Below, piece after piece: positions 13,266 to 26,941 of a stretch of DNA of 64,000 nucleotides; the stretch's first letter is position 1; each line of letters opens with the position of its first letter. The DNA lies in the NCBI RefSeq assembly GCF_018350175.1, contig NC_058368.1, positions 85,810,001 through 85,874,000 of the forward strand, given 5' to 3'. The notes beneath the pieces are model-generated. The model had not been told where the DNA came from. It saw nothing but the letters and a program-made list of their open reading frames with translations, and did not search any database. Source of the DNA: Felis catus (Eukaryota). The translations under genes and the position numbers were made by a program.

Positions 13266-14026
13266 CTACTGAAAGTGATTGTTCAAAGAAATAGTTTGCC
13301 CACATGATCTCCCCCAACTTCTTGGATACACAAATGTCCTTATTTGAAGTATTGCAGCTTGTCAACAACAGTCTTAATTCTTGTCCTTTCTTATCTCTCC
13401 AGCTTCATCTTTCATCCCTCTCTTTCTTTGTCTCCAAATCTTTCTACCCCTCATTAATTCTTTAAACATATTCTTGTAATACCTCATGTAGCCTGTTATT
13501 GACACATTTCTTCTATTTTCCTATAACTAAGAGTTTTCTAAAGCCCCTCAATACTTAATCTTAACCTCTCAGGAAGCTATCTTCAATCTATTCTGTGTTA
13601 AGTTCTCTCTTTACTCACACATAATTTTGATTATATGTTTCACTATTTCCCAGAAATAATGTAAACTCCTGATGACATTATATGTATTTTAAATATCCCC
13701 ATTACTAAAAAAAATACCAAGCCACAATATATATTTTTTCTATAGTGGATAAACATTTGTATGACCTTTTATCAATAAGTAAAGTGTCATTTCTATTGTG
13801 CTTTAGTTTGGGAAGTCACATTGGTTTAAGATAATTAGAATAAGAACTTGAGGTTGAAAATTTGAAGGAAGCAAACACATATACCAAAATAGAGATAAAA
13901 TATATATACAAACACTTACATATATGTTTTAGATCATCAATTAAAAATTACACAGTCATTTTGGAGCACCCGAGTGGCTAGGTCAGTACCTCTTTTGAAA
14001 TAACAATATTAAATAGAAAACTATCA

Positions 14027-14245
14027 GGAGCACCTGGCTGGTTCAGTCAGTTACGTGTCTGACTTCAGCTGAGGTCATGATCTCACAGTTTGTGAGTTTG
14101 AGCCTCACATCAGGCTCCGTGCTGACAGTTCGGAGCCTGGAGCCTTCCTCAGATTCTGTGTGTCCCTCTCTCTCTGCCCCTCCCCAATTCGTACTCTGTG
14201 TCTCTCTGTCTCAAAAATAAATAAAACATTTAAAAATTAAAAAAA
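14027..14245 (+). mobile_element. Can-SINE
   Basis: Full body with A-tail; TSD atagaaaa(c/t)tatca on both sides. Confidence 0.93.
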
Positions 14246-14486
14246 CATAGAAAATTATCAAAAACAAGAGTTATTTTTACTGATTTCAGTTGCTAGCTGA
14301 CAGATATCTCACAAGAAATGGTGAATTGAAATAATATCTGTCTCTAGAACCTAGACCATGAATCCCATTTGGTTTATCATCCAAGGTATCACAGTTTCTC
14401 CTTGTGCTTGTCACTCCTCAGAATGTTGCCAATCTCACATATATATGCTTATGTAGAAAATAAATGGATAGAAAGGACACATGGTA

Positions 14487-14697
14487 GGGTGCCTGGGTGG
14501 CTCAGTCAGTTCAGCATCTGACTTCAGCACATGTCATGAGACCCCAAATCATGGTTCAGGCCCCACATCAGGCTCTGTGCTGACAGCTCAGAGCCTGGAG
14601 CCTTTTTTAGATTCTGTGTGTCCCTCTCCCTCTGACCCTCCTCTGTTCATGCTCTTTCTCCCTCTCTCTCAAAAAATAAACATTTAAAAATTTTAAA
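14487..14697 (+). mobile_element. Can-SINE
   Basis: Full body; TSD gaaagga(c/t)acatgg at 14471-14484 and 14698-14711. Confidence 0.93.
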
Positions 14698-17121
14698 GAA
14701 AGGATACATGGCAAAGTCAGTGTGGGGATCTGTAGGACAAAAAGAGGAGAAAATGATGAAAGTAAATATTGTATTTGAAGATTTTTATTTATTATAAGAG
14801 AATTATTTGTCACAAGTATAGTAATGTTAATGTATGTTTTTTTTAATATGATTTATTGTCATGATAGCTAACATACAGTGTATACAATGTGCTCTTGGTT
14901 TCAGAAGTAGATTCCCATGATTCATCTCTTGCATACAACACCCAGTGCTCATCCCAACAAGTATCCCCTCTCAATGCCCATCACCTATTTCCCCTTCTCC
15001 CCTGCAACCACATCAACCCTCAGTGTTCTCTATATTTAAGAGACTTTTATGGTTTGCCTCCCTCTCTGTTTGAAACTATATTTTTCCTTCCCTTCCCCTA
15101 TGGTCTTTAGTTATGTTTCTCAAATTCCACATATGAATGGAAACATATAATATCTGTCTTTCTCAGACTGACTTATTTCACTTTACATAATTACCACCAG
15201 TTCCATCCATGTTGTAACAAATGGCAGGATTTCATTCTTTCTCATTTCCAATAGTATCCCATTGTATATATAATGCACATCTTTATCCATTCATCAGTTG
15301 ATGGACATTTGGGCTCTTTCCATTATTTGGCAATTGTTGATAGTGTTATAAACATTGGAGTACATGTGCCCCTATGGATCAGACATTCTGTATCCTTTGG
15401 ATAAATTTTTAGTAGTGCTATTACTCAGTCGTAGGGTAACTCTACTTTCAATTTTTTGAGGAACCTCCACACTATTTTCCAGAGCAGATTCACAAGATTT
15501 CATTCCCCCCAACAGTGTAAGAGGGTTCCTGTTTCTCCACATCCTTGCCAATATCTTTTGATACTGAGTTTTTAATGTTAGCCAATCTAACCAGTATGAG
15601 GTGGTTTCTCAGTGTGGTTTTTATTTATATTTCCCTGATGATGAGAGATTTTGCCCATCTTTTCATGTTTCTGTTGGTCATCTGGATGACTTCCTAGGAA
15701 AAGTGTATATTCATGTCTTCTGCCTATTACTTCACTGGATTATTTGTTTTTGTGGGTGTTGAGTTTGGTAAATTCTTTATAGCTTTTTGGGTACTAAACC
15801 CTTATTTAATATGTCATTTGCAAATATCTTCTCCCATTCCATCAGTTTCCTTTTAGTTTGTTGATTGTTTCCTTTGCAGGAAAGAAGCTTTTTATCTTGA
15901 TGAGGTCCCAATAGCTAATTTTTGCTTTTAATTCCCTTGCCTTCAGAGACGTGCTGAGCAAGAAGTTTCTGCAACTGAGGTTGAAGTGATTGTTGTCTGC
16001 TTTCTCCTCTGGGGTTTTGACGTTTTCCTGTCTCACATTTAGGTCTTTCATCCATTTTGAGTTTATTTTTGTGTATGGTATATAAAAGTGGTCCAGTTTC
16101 ATTCTTCTGCATATTGCTGTCCAATTCTTCCAGCACCATTTGCTAAAGAGACTGTCTTTTTTTCCACTGGATATTCTTTCCTGATTTCTCAAAGTTTAGT
16201 TGGCCATAAATCTGTGGGTCCAGTACTGGGTTCTCTATTTTATTCCATTGGTCTATGTGTCTGCTTTTGTGCCAATACCATATTGTCTTGATAATTTCAG
16301 TTTTGGAGTAGAGGCTAAAGTATGGAATTGTGATGCCTCCCACTTGTTTTCCTTTTTCAACATTACTTTGGTTAGTCAGAATCTTTTCTGGTTCCATACA
16401 AATTTTAGAATTGTTTGTTCTAGCTCTGAGAAGAATGCAGGTGCAATTCTAATTGGGATTGCATTGAATGTGTAGATTAATTTGGGTAGTATTGATATTT
16501 TAACAATATTTGTTCTTCCAATTCATGAGCACGGAATGTTTTTCCATTTCTTTGTGTCTTCTTTAATTTCCTTCATAAGTTTTTTTTTTTTTTTAATGGT
16601 TTTCAGCATACAGCGTTTTACTTCTTAGGTTAGGTTTATTCCTAGGTATTTTATGGTTCTTGGTGCAATGGTGAATGGGGTCAATTTCTTGATTTTTCTT
16701 TATATTGCCTCACCATTGATTTACAGAAATTCAAACATTTTATGCATATTTATTTTATACCTTGTGACTTTGCTAAATTCCTGTATCAGTTCTAACAGAT
16801 TATTGGTAGAGTCAGGTTTTTCATGTAGAGTATCATGTCATCTGAGAAAAGTGACAGTTTGACTTCTTCTTTGATAATTTGGATGCCTTTTATTTCATTT
16901 TGTTGTCTCATTGCTGAGGTTAGGACTTCCAACACTATGCTAAACAACAGTGGTGAGAGTGCACATCCTTGTCATGTTCCTAACGTCAGGGGAAAGTTCT
17001 CAGTTTTTACAAATTGAGGATGATATTAGCTGTCAGCTTTTCCTATATGGCTTTTATGAAGTTAAGGTATGTTTCTTCTATCCTGACTTTCCTGAGTGTT
17101 TTTATTAAGAAAGGATGCTGT

Positions 17122-17574
17122 AAACAAAAAGGATGAAATCTTGCAATTTGCAACAATGTGGATGGAACTAGAGAGTATTATGCTAAGTGAAATAAGTCAC
17201 CTAGAGAAAGAAAAATATCATATGATCTCAATCATATGAGGAATTTAAGATACAAAACAGATGGACATAAGGAAAAAGAACCAAAAAAGAATATAAAAAC
17301 AAGGAGGGAGGCAAAACATAAGAGACCTTTAAATACAGATAACAAACTGAGGGTTGCTGAGGGGCTGTGGGTGGGTGAATAACCTAAATAGGTAAGAGAC
17401 ATTAAGGAAGATACTTTTTGGAATGAGCCCTGGGTGTTATACCTAAGGGATGAATCACTGCAATCTACTCCTGAAAACATTATTGCACTATATGCTAACT
17501 AACATGGATGTAAGTTAAAAATAAATAAATTAATTAATAATGATCAATTAATTAATAAAATCCTTTTTGGGAAA
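17122..17574 (+). mobile_element. 5'-truncated L1 3' end nested in the opposite orientation inside the 14834-22240 L1
   Basis: L1 3'UTR sequence with an A-rich tail. Degenerate TSD aaaggatgctgt (17110-17121) / aaagggtgctct (17575-17586). Confidence 0.85.
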
Positions 17575-17749
17575 AAAGGGTGCTCTATTTTCCCAGACAT
17601 TTTTTTCTGTATCTATTGACAGGATCATATGTTTTTTATCTTTTCTTCTATCATATTGTTTTCTTGTATCATATTGTTGATTTCTGAATATTGAACCAGC
17701 CCTGCAGCCAAGGAATGAATCCTAATTGATCATGGTGAATAATTGTTTT

Positions 17750-18073
17750 TTTTTTTTTAATTTTTTTTTCAACGTTTATTTATTTTTGGGACAGAGAGAG
17801 ACAGAGCATGAACGGGGGAGGGGCAGAGAGAGAGGGAGACACAGAATCGGAAACAGGCTCCAGGCTCTGAGCCATCAGCCCAGAGCCTGATGCGGGGCTC
17901 GAACTCACGGACCGTGAGATCGTGACCTGGCTGAAGTCGGACGCTTAACGACTGCGCCACCCAGGCGCCCCTTCTTTTTTTTTTTTTTAATTTTTTTTCA
18001 ACGTTTTTTTATTTTTGGGACAGAGAGAGACAGAGCATGAACGGGGGAGGGGCAGAGAGAGAGGGAGACACAG
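17750..18073 (-). mobile_element. Tandem feline SINEs: full copy (17750-17970) plus 5'-truncated copy (17973-18073)
   Basis: Both near consensus; a single outer TSD gaata(a/c)ttgtttt at 17737 and 18074. Confidence 0.92.
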
Positions 18074-21000
18074 GAATACTTGTTTTAATATACTGTTGAA
18101 TTCAATTTTTGGGTATCTTGTTGAGAATGTTTGCATCCATTTTTATCAGGGATATTGGCCTATAATTCTCATTTTTGGTATGGTCTGTCTGATTTGGGAA
18201 TCAAGGTAATGCTGACTTTATAAAATGAGTTTGGAAGCTTTCCTTCCATTTATATTTTTTGAACCAGGTTTATAAGAATAAGTATTAACTTGAAGGTCTG
18301 GCAGAGTTCTCCTTGAAAACCATCTGGACAGGACTCTAATTTGTTGGGAGATTTTTGATAAATGATTCATTTTTTTCACTGGTTTTGGATATAATTGTCT
18401 ATTTCTTCCCATTTGAGTTTTGCTAGTGTGTGGGTATCCTGTTTGTCCAGTTTGTTGGCATATAATTTTGCCTACTATTCTCTAATAATTGTTTGTATTT
18501 ATTTGGTGTTAATTGTGATCTCTCCTCTTTCATTCATGATTTTAACTATTTGAGTTATCTCTCTTTTTTGTTTGAGAAGTCTGGCTAGAGTTTATCAATT
18601 TTGTTTTTTCTTTAAAAAACCCAGCTCTTAGATTAATTGATTTTCTTTTTCTTTCTTTTTTTCTTTTTTTTCATCCTGTATTGTTTATATCTGCAATAAT
18701 ATTTATTACTTCTATTATTTTCTGGCTTTAGGGATTATTTTTTTTTCTGCTTCTAGTTCCTTTAGGTGTGCTGTTAGATTTTGTATTTGGGATTTTTCTT
18801 GTTTCTTGAGATAGGACAGATTGCAATGTATTTTCCTCTTGGGACTGCCTTTGCTGCATCCCAAACAGTTTGGACTGTTGTGTTTTCATTTTCATTTGTT
18901 TCCATATATATTTTTTAAAAAATTCTTCTTTAATTGCCTGGTTGACCCATTAGTTCTTTAGTAGGATGTTTGCTATCCTCCATGCATTTGGAGGTTTTCC
19001 AAATTTTTCCTGTGGTTGATTTCAGGTTTCATAGTGGTATGCTCTGAAAGCATGGGTGGTATGATCTCAATTCTTCTATATTTATTTAGAGCTGTTTTGT
19101 GCCCCAGTATGTGATCCATCTCAGAGAATATTCCATGTGCACTCAAAAGGAATGTTTTATTCTGCTGCTTTTGGATGAAAAGTTCTGAATATATCTGTCA
19201 AGTCCGTGTGGTCCAGTGTATCATTCAAGGCCATTGTTTTTTATAGATTATCTGCCTAGATGATCTCCCCATTGCTCTAAGTGGAGTATTAAAGCCCCCT
19301 GAAATTAATGTTTTCTTATCAATAAGGTTTCTTCTATTTGTGATTATTTTAGTTATATATTTGGATTTAATCAAGTTGGGGGCATAAACATTTACAATTG
19401 TTAGCTCTTCTTGATGGGTAGACTCTGTAATTATGATAATACCCTTCTTTATCTCTTGTTACAGCCTTTAATTTAAAATCTAGTTTGTCTGACATAACTA
19501 TGGCTGCTACAGATTTGTTTTGACTTCCAGTAGCATAATAGATAGTTCTCTATCCCCTCATTTTCAATCTTAAACTGTTCTCAGGTCTAAAATTGGTCTC
19601 TTCTAGACCACATATAGATGGATCCTGGTTTTTTATCCATTGTAATAGTCCATGACTTTTTATTGGAGCATTTATTGCATTTACATTCAGTTATTATTGG
19701 AAGACTGGTATTTAGTGTCATTGTGTTATCTGTAAGTTTCATGCTTGTGATGACGTCTCTGCTCGTTTATAGCATTGTAGCATTCCACTCACAGAGTTCC
19801 CCTTAGGATTTCTTACAGGGCTGGTTCAGTGGTCATGAACTCCTTCAACTTTGTTTGCCTGGGAAAGCATTTATCTCTCCTATTCTGAATGAAAGCCTTG
19901 CTGGATAAATGACTCTTGGCTGCATATTTTTCCTATTTACCACATTGAATTTTCCTGCCATTCACTTCTGATCTGCCAAATTTCATTTGACAGGTCTTCT
20001 ACTAAACTTATGTGTCTACCACTGTAGGCTAAGGACCTTTTTTCCCCTACTGCTTTCAGAATTCTCTCTTTATCTTTGCATTTTGCCAGTTTCATTGTTA
20101 TATACTGTGGTGAAGACATATTCTTTTTGAATCTGAAGGGAGTTCTCTGTACCTCCTGGATTTAAATTCCAGATTAGGGAAGTTCTCAGATATAATTTGT
20201 TCAAGTAAACCTTCTGCTCCTTTTTCTCTATCTTCTTCTGAAACTCCTATGACATGGATATTATGTTTCATTGAATAACTTAGTTCTCTAATTCTCTCCT
20301 TATGGTCTAGTGTTTTTTGATCTGTCTTTTTTTTTCTCAGCTTCATCATTTCCATAATTTTGTCTTGTGTTTCACTTATTCTCCCCTCTCCTTCCTCCAT
20401 CCTCACTGTCACAGCATCTAGTTAATTTTGCACCTCAATTACAACATTTCTTAATTCATCATGACTATTTCTTAATCCCTTTATCTCTGTGGCAATAGAT
20501 CCTCTTCTGTCTTCTATGTTTTTTTTTCAAGCCCAGCTACTGATATTATGACAATTACTCTAAATTCTTGATCAGATATATTATTTTTATCTGTTTTGAG
20601 CAATTATCTAGCTGTCATTTCTTCCTGGCATTTCTTTGGATGACATTTCTTCCATTTCATCATTTTGGCTAGTTTTCTGTCCTTTATATGTTTTAATAGC
20701 TTGCTATGTTCCCTGCACCTGATAGTACTATACTAAAAAGGAGTCATACACTCTTCATGTCCTGGCCCTTCAGGAGATGTTTTCAGAGTGTGTTATATGC
20801 TCTCTGTTGTTGTGACTTTGGTTGCTTTATCTCCCTACTCGTAGTGATGGTTTGGACCTTCCACAAGGTGTGCTTTGATTTGTTCATTAAAGAAACCCTG
20901 GGAAAAATTTAAAAATGGGAAGATAGTGGAAGAAGACTTATCCTGTACAAAGAGAGAAATGACAGGGATGGGGGGAAATAAATGGAAAAAAATTTTCCAG

Positions 21001-21182
21001 GCAGAAAATTAGAGAAACTATACAGCTTAATCCAGAAAGAAAGAGAGAGAGAGAGAGAGACAGAGAGAGAGATAGAGAAGAAATAAAGGAGATACAGAAA
21101 AACATAGGTTAAAAATGGTCACTTAAACAAACCAACATACAGAGTAGAGAAAGGAAGAAATAAGAGGAAGAAAAGAAACAAA

Positions 21183-21232
<50 letters not shown>

Positions 21233-22558
21233 CTTACACACATGTGTATAAAAAATTGACCAAGAATCAGTTAGAAAATGCAAAACTGTGGGACTGATAT
21301 TTGATGGTGCCTTGGAACCAGTGGCTGTGCTGTTCTGGAGGAGGGGCTATCTGGTTAGGTCAGTGTCAATCTTGTAGTTACCAGGCACCAAGGGGCATGG
21401 TTTTTGGTGGGCCACTCCTGACTCCACTTTGGGCCTGCTGTCCTGTTCCCTGAAGCTCCACCTTGTTGATAATGGGGATAAAAATGGTGACACCCCAGTC
21501 TGTCCTTCCCTGACTAGGTGTCCCAAACCACTCTGTTCATATTGTACTCACAGTGACACATGGACATGAGCAGGCTGGTTTGTCCCACTATACAGTCTCC
21601 CATGCTTCCTAGGCATTTGGATGGGATTCGAATCCAATGTCTTACAAGATCCCACTCTGTGTGCCCCAGTACACCCTCTGCACCACTCTGCCCAGTCACT
21701 TGACAAAGGGTCTCTAGCTGAAAGTCACCCTCAAGGTCTTTTCTTCTTGGACAGGCTATATGCCTTCTTCCCATAGCACTCAAGGGAGTGGACTGCTCTG
21801 TCCAACTGCACCTCTGATCTCGATAACAAGCCTGGGGTAGGCTTTCTCTACCACGCTGGGGTGGCAGGCCTCAGTCTGGAGAAAGTCCCACAACCCTTGT
21901 TTGTGATAGAAATTGTTTCCTTCTCTGTTTGTTCGTTTTCCTGTCTGTGGTCCAGAGAGGTTTTGCTCTTGTCCAAATACAATCCTACACTTTTACAGCT
22001 TCTCTTTTTCTTCCTTTTGTCTCTCTACAGAAGGGGATCCCTCCCCTCCATGCTTATGCTGCCTATTTTATCACTCCCAACTAGCAATCATCCACCTATG
22101 ACCCTACAGGTTGTCCCTGTGGTCCCCTGGAGATGTTTTTTTTGTCATTCTGTAGCCTGAATTCCTGGAATTCCAAGACTTCTGGCTTTAATACTGCTGT
22201 GTTTGAGGGACAAAGGAACTTAAGGTCTCCCTACTTCTCATAATGTTAATGTTGGAAAATCTTGATTGTGTTTATATAGATATCTGATGAATTATTTGTA
22301 TGTTTTCAGCATATTAAAACATTGTGATAATTTATAAAATAAACCTGTGAGTCTCCATACCTTAGGAACAAAAAAAGAAGCTGAAGCCCCTTTAAGATTC
22401 AAAAATTCCTTAGATTTGCTGGGAGGGGTAGGTAAGGCTTAGAATATATGCAATTGCTAATAATCTCACATAATAGAAAATATATTGGAATTTGCTCCCA
22501 GAACTCAAATCCACTGATGCCAAGCTGGATACTAAGTGAGACAATTTCTATTTTTCAG

Positions 22559-22672
22559 ATGCCTTGTTCCCCAAGGACTCGCTTTGGGCAATGTGGCTTA
22601 CTCTTGTCCTGTTTCTCCTAGCTGTTGGTGCAACCATCTGTCTTCTACTTGTGCGTGCTAGAAAATCCAAAG
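22559..22672 (+). CDS. Butyrophilin/BTN-like gene, transmembrane exon (114 nt, phase 1-1); absent from the ORF track
   Basis: Acceptor tttttcag|AT and donor AAAG|gtaagt. In frame with IgC it reads DALFPKDSLWAMWLTLVLFLLAVGATICLLLVRARKSK: a BTN-like juxtamembrane DxxFP..W motif, a ~22-aa hydrophobic stretch and basic stop-transfer residues. Confidence 0.9.
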
Positions 22673-22749
22673 GTAAGTGAAAAAAAAACGGGGGGGGGTG
22701 ATTGCCTTTATTTTGTGAACAATTTGCGTATATATGTATACCTCTTTAG

Positions 22750-25700
22750 GTTGCTTCATTACTGGGATATATAAATGAAACTGATTTACATACATTGATT
22801 TTATATCCTGTGACTTTGCTGAATTAATATATCAGTTCTAGCAGGTTTTTGGTGGAATCTTTCGGGTTTTCCATGTAGAGTATAATGTCATCTGTGAAGA
22901 ATGAAAGTTTGATTTCTTTGTCAATTTGGATGCCTTTTATGTTGTTTTGTTCTCTGCTGATACTAGGACTTCCAGTACTATGCTGAAAGGCATTGGTGAG
23001 AGTGGACATCTCTGGGGTGTTCCAGATCTTAGCGGGGAAAGGTTTTCAATTTTTCCCCATTGAGGATGATATTAGCTGTGGTCCTTTCATATATGGTTTT
23101 TAAGATGTTAAGGTATTTTCTCTCTATCCTAAAATTCTTGACGATTTTTATCAAAAAAGATGGTGTATTTTGTGAAATGCCTTTTTCTGCATCTACTGGC
23201 AGGATCATATGGTTCTTATACTTTCTTGTATTAATGTGGTATATCACATTGATTGATTTGCAAATATTGAACCAGTCCTGCAGCCAAGGAATGAATCCCA
23301 CCTGATCATGTTGAATAATTCTTTTAATGTACTGTTGAATTTGACTTGCTAGTATCATGTTGAGAATTTTTGCATCCAGGTTCATCAGGAATATTGGCCA
23401 GTAATTCTGCTTTTTTATCGGTATCTTTGGTTTTGAAATCAAGGGAATGCTGGTTTCATGGAATGAGTTTGGAAGCTTTCCTTCAGTTTCTATTTTTTTG
23501 GAACAGTTTGAGAAAGATAGGTATTAACCCTGTTTAAGTAGCTGGTATAATTCCTCTGGGAAGCCATATGGCCAAGGACTCTTATTTGTTGGGAGATTTT
23601 TCATAACTGATTCAATTTATTTGCTGATTATGGGTCTGCTCAAATTTTCAATTTCTTCCTGTTACAGTTTTTGTATGATGTGAGTGTCTAGACACTTGTC
23701 CATTCTTCTAGATTGTACACTTTATTGACATATCATTTTTTAAAGGATTCTTTTATAACTGTTTGTATTTCTGTGGTGTTTGTACTTTTTGCTCTTCCAT
23801 TCGTGATTCCATTTGTAATTTCATGAGTCCTATCTCTTTTTCTTTTTGAGAAGTCTGGCTAGAGGGTTATCAATTTTATTTATTCTTTCCAAAAACCTGT
23901 GCTTAGTTTCATTGGTCTTTTCTATTTTTATAAATTCTATATCATTTATATCTGCTCTAATCTGTATTATTTCCCTTCTTCTGCTAGCTTTGGGCTGTAT
24001 TTTTTGCTCTTTTTATTTCTCCTTTAGGTGGAAAGTTAATTTCTGTATTTGGGACCTTTCTTGCCTCTTGAGGTAGGCCTGAATTGCAATGGATTTTCCT
24101 CTTAGGACTGCCTTTGCTGCATCCCAAAGGGTTTGGACTTACGTGTTTTTGTTGTCATATGCTTCCATGTGTTTGTTATTTTATTATTTTTTTACAAAAG
24201 CAAATGATATTCTATGTATTTTTTTTAATTTTGTATTTAATTTATTTGTTAACCCATTTATTCATTAGTAGGATGTTCATTATCCTCCATATATTTGGGG
24301 CACTCCAAATTTTTCTTGTAGTTGATTTCAAGTTTCACAGCGTTCTGGTCTGATAATGTGCATGGTATGGTCTCAGTCTTCTTGTACCTGTTGAGGGATG
24401 TTTTGTGACTCAATATGTGATCTGTTTTGGAGAATGTTCTATGTGCACTCAATAAGAATGTGTATTCTTCTGAGTTAGGATGGAATGTTCTGAATATACC
24501 TGTTAAGTCTATCTAGTCCAATATATCATTCAGAGACATAGTTTCATTATCAACTTTCAGAATTATTTTCTTTGTATTTTATCATTTTTACAATGATATA
24601 TCGTGGTGTTGATGTGTTTTGTTAATTTTGAAGGGAGATCTCTATATGTCTGGGACTTGAATGCCTATTCCCATCCTCAGATTTGGGATGTTCTCAGCTA
24701 TAAATTGTTCAAATAAACTTTCTTCCCCTTTCACTTTTCTTCTCCTGGGACTCTTATGATACGGATATTGTTTCATTTTATGGAAACACTTGTAGTTTAA
24801 TTCTCCCCTGTGATCTAGTAATTTCCTTTCCCACTTCTTTTCAGCTCCATTATTTTACAAGATTTTTTCTTCTATGTCACCTATTATTTTCTTTGTTTTT
24901 TGCATCTCATTGTCACTGTATCTAATTTACTTTGCATCTCAGATATAGCATGTTTAATTCATTGTGAATAGTTCTTAGGTCTGTGATCTCTGCAGCAAGA
25001 GTTTATCTCATGTCTTCTATGCTTTTTTTCAAGGCCAGGTATTAGTCTTGTGACTGTTATTCTAAATTGTTGTTCAGAAATATTGTTTATATATGTTTTG
25101 AGCTATTCACAGCATGTGATTTCTTCTTGAACTTTCTTGGGGAGACTTTCCCGTTTTGTCATTTTGGTTAAGTTTCTGTCTTTTTCATGTTTAAAAGCTT
25201 GTTATATGTCCTGTACCTGAGAGTACAACTATATTAAAAAGTAGTCATACATTGTCAAGGGCCTGGCTCTTCAGAAAGTGTTTTTGGTGTATGTTGCATG
25301 CACTCTGTTGTTGCATTTTGGCTGCTCTATCCAACTTGTCTGCCCTCTGCAGAGCTCCTCCTCGTTTTTTTGTTTGTTTGTTTGTTTTTTGTTTTTGTTT
25401 TTTAATAGTGGTGGAGTTTTTGGAATGTAAATCTGCTGTGCTTTGATTTGTTTCTTAAAGTAACACTATGCAGGTGGGGGAGCAAAGGGGTAGAAGGAGC
25501 CTGATGCTATAAAAAGAGAAAATTGAAAGAAGGAAAAAGCTAACCAACAGAGAATCAAAAACTACAAGCCTAAGATTAGAAAATGAGAATGGAAAATAAA
25601 GAAGATGATGAAAGATAAAAAAAAGTGGAATAAGAATAGAATAAAAATGCCTGATCTCACTATCATCTATCTATCTATCTATCTATGAATTGTCCAAAAA

Positions 25701-26862
25701 TAAATTAGAAACTATAAGCCTGTTTCCAAAAGGGGAACAAAAAATAAAAGAAGAGGGAAGAAAGAAAAATAATAAAATAAAATAAAATAAAATATAAGAA
25801 AATAAAAGAAAGAAAGAAACTGTTACCTGTTGGTGTCTGGAAACAGTGGCTGTGCTGGTCTGGAGGAGAGGCCAGGTGCATTGGATCAGTCAGTCTTGCT
25901 GCAGTAGATAAGCAATTGCCAGGCACTGAGGGGTGGAGTTTGTTGTAAGTGGGTTCAATCTACACTGGGGGCTGCTGTGCTGCTCTCTGAAGCCCACCGG
26001 GTTGGTGTTGGAAGGTAAAATGACAATACCTCAATCTCCTATCCCCAGACCGGGTACCTCAACCCACACTGTTCGGGAAGCCCTTATAGAATAGTATGGG
26101 CTGTCAGCTTGCCCTCCTCCACAGTCCTCCCGCATATCCTCAGAACTGGGATGGGATTCAAAACTCGAAGTCTTAAAGAACTCAATCAGTGTGGCTCCCC
26201 TTCCCTGTTCCAGAATTGAACCACCCAACCTACTGATAAAAGACCTTTAGTTGGCACCTGCAGGGAATTTTGTCCTTAGGGAGGCAATAAACACTCTTTC
26301 CAAAGTATTCCAAGACAGAGATTATTCTCTCCCAGTATGTTCCTGAAATAACTATCCCTTGCCATGCACTCTGGGGTCGACTCCCTCCTCCCCAGGAGCA
26401 TATACCAAGGATCTTGGCTTTGCTCTGGAGAATGTCATGCACTTAGGAACCTACTTCTGAGTTTCAGCTACTAAGGCTGTTTGCAAAAAGGAAACTGGAA
26501 CTCTCCCTATCCCAAATCCCAAATCCCAAATCCCAAATCCCAAATCCCAAATCCCTGGTCCAGAGAGGTTTTCTACTCATGCTAATTCAATGCTGCACTT
26601 ACAAAACCTCTCTCTTTTTTTCTCCCATTTTTCTCTGCACACACAGTCTTCCCTCCCCTTGGTGCCTATGCCATTTTTTCTCCCCCAATTTATATACAAG
26701 CACCCTAATCTTGCCAAGCTGTCTTCCTCCAACGTTAGAGATCCTTCTGCCACTCCATGGATGGATTTCCTGGGTGTTCCATGTGATCTGACCTCAAACA
26801 GCTATGTTTGAGGGATGAGGGAAATCCCAGTCCCCCTACTCTTCCACCATCTTAACTCCCTC
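22750..26862 (-). mobile_element. L1 with 5'UTR, internal ORF1/ORF2 deletion (~24560) and no 3' end
   Basis: RT fragments 22824-23009 (LSFFTDDIILY) and 23029-23442, EN fragment 24258-24452, then an abrupt jump to ORF1. The 5' start motif ccaccatcttaactccctc lies at ~26844-26862. Confidence 0.9.
26511..26555. repeat. (CCCAAAT)6 heptamer tandem repeat in an L1 5'UTR
   Basis: Seen directly. Confidence 0.95.
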
Positions 26863-26906
26863 ACACGATCTCACCATGATCTCATTCTTTTCTTGGCTGA
26901 ATAATA

Positions 26907-26941
<35 letters not shown>

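Larger units (their letters stand above)
14834..22240 (-). mobile_element. Near full-length carnivore L1, decayed, in the IgC-TM intron
   Basis: T-tail at ~14837, ORF2 fragments (15842-16192, 16143-16397), ORF1 fragments (19937-20412) and 5'UTR to 22240. Perfect 12-bp TSD taatgttaatgt at 14822-14833 and 22241-22252. Confidence 0.93.
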
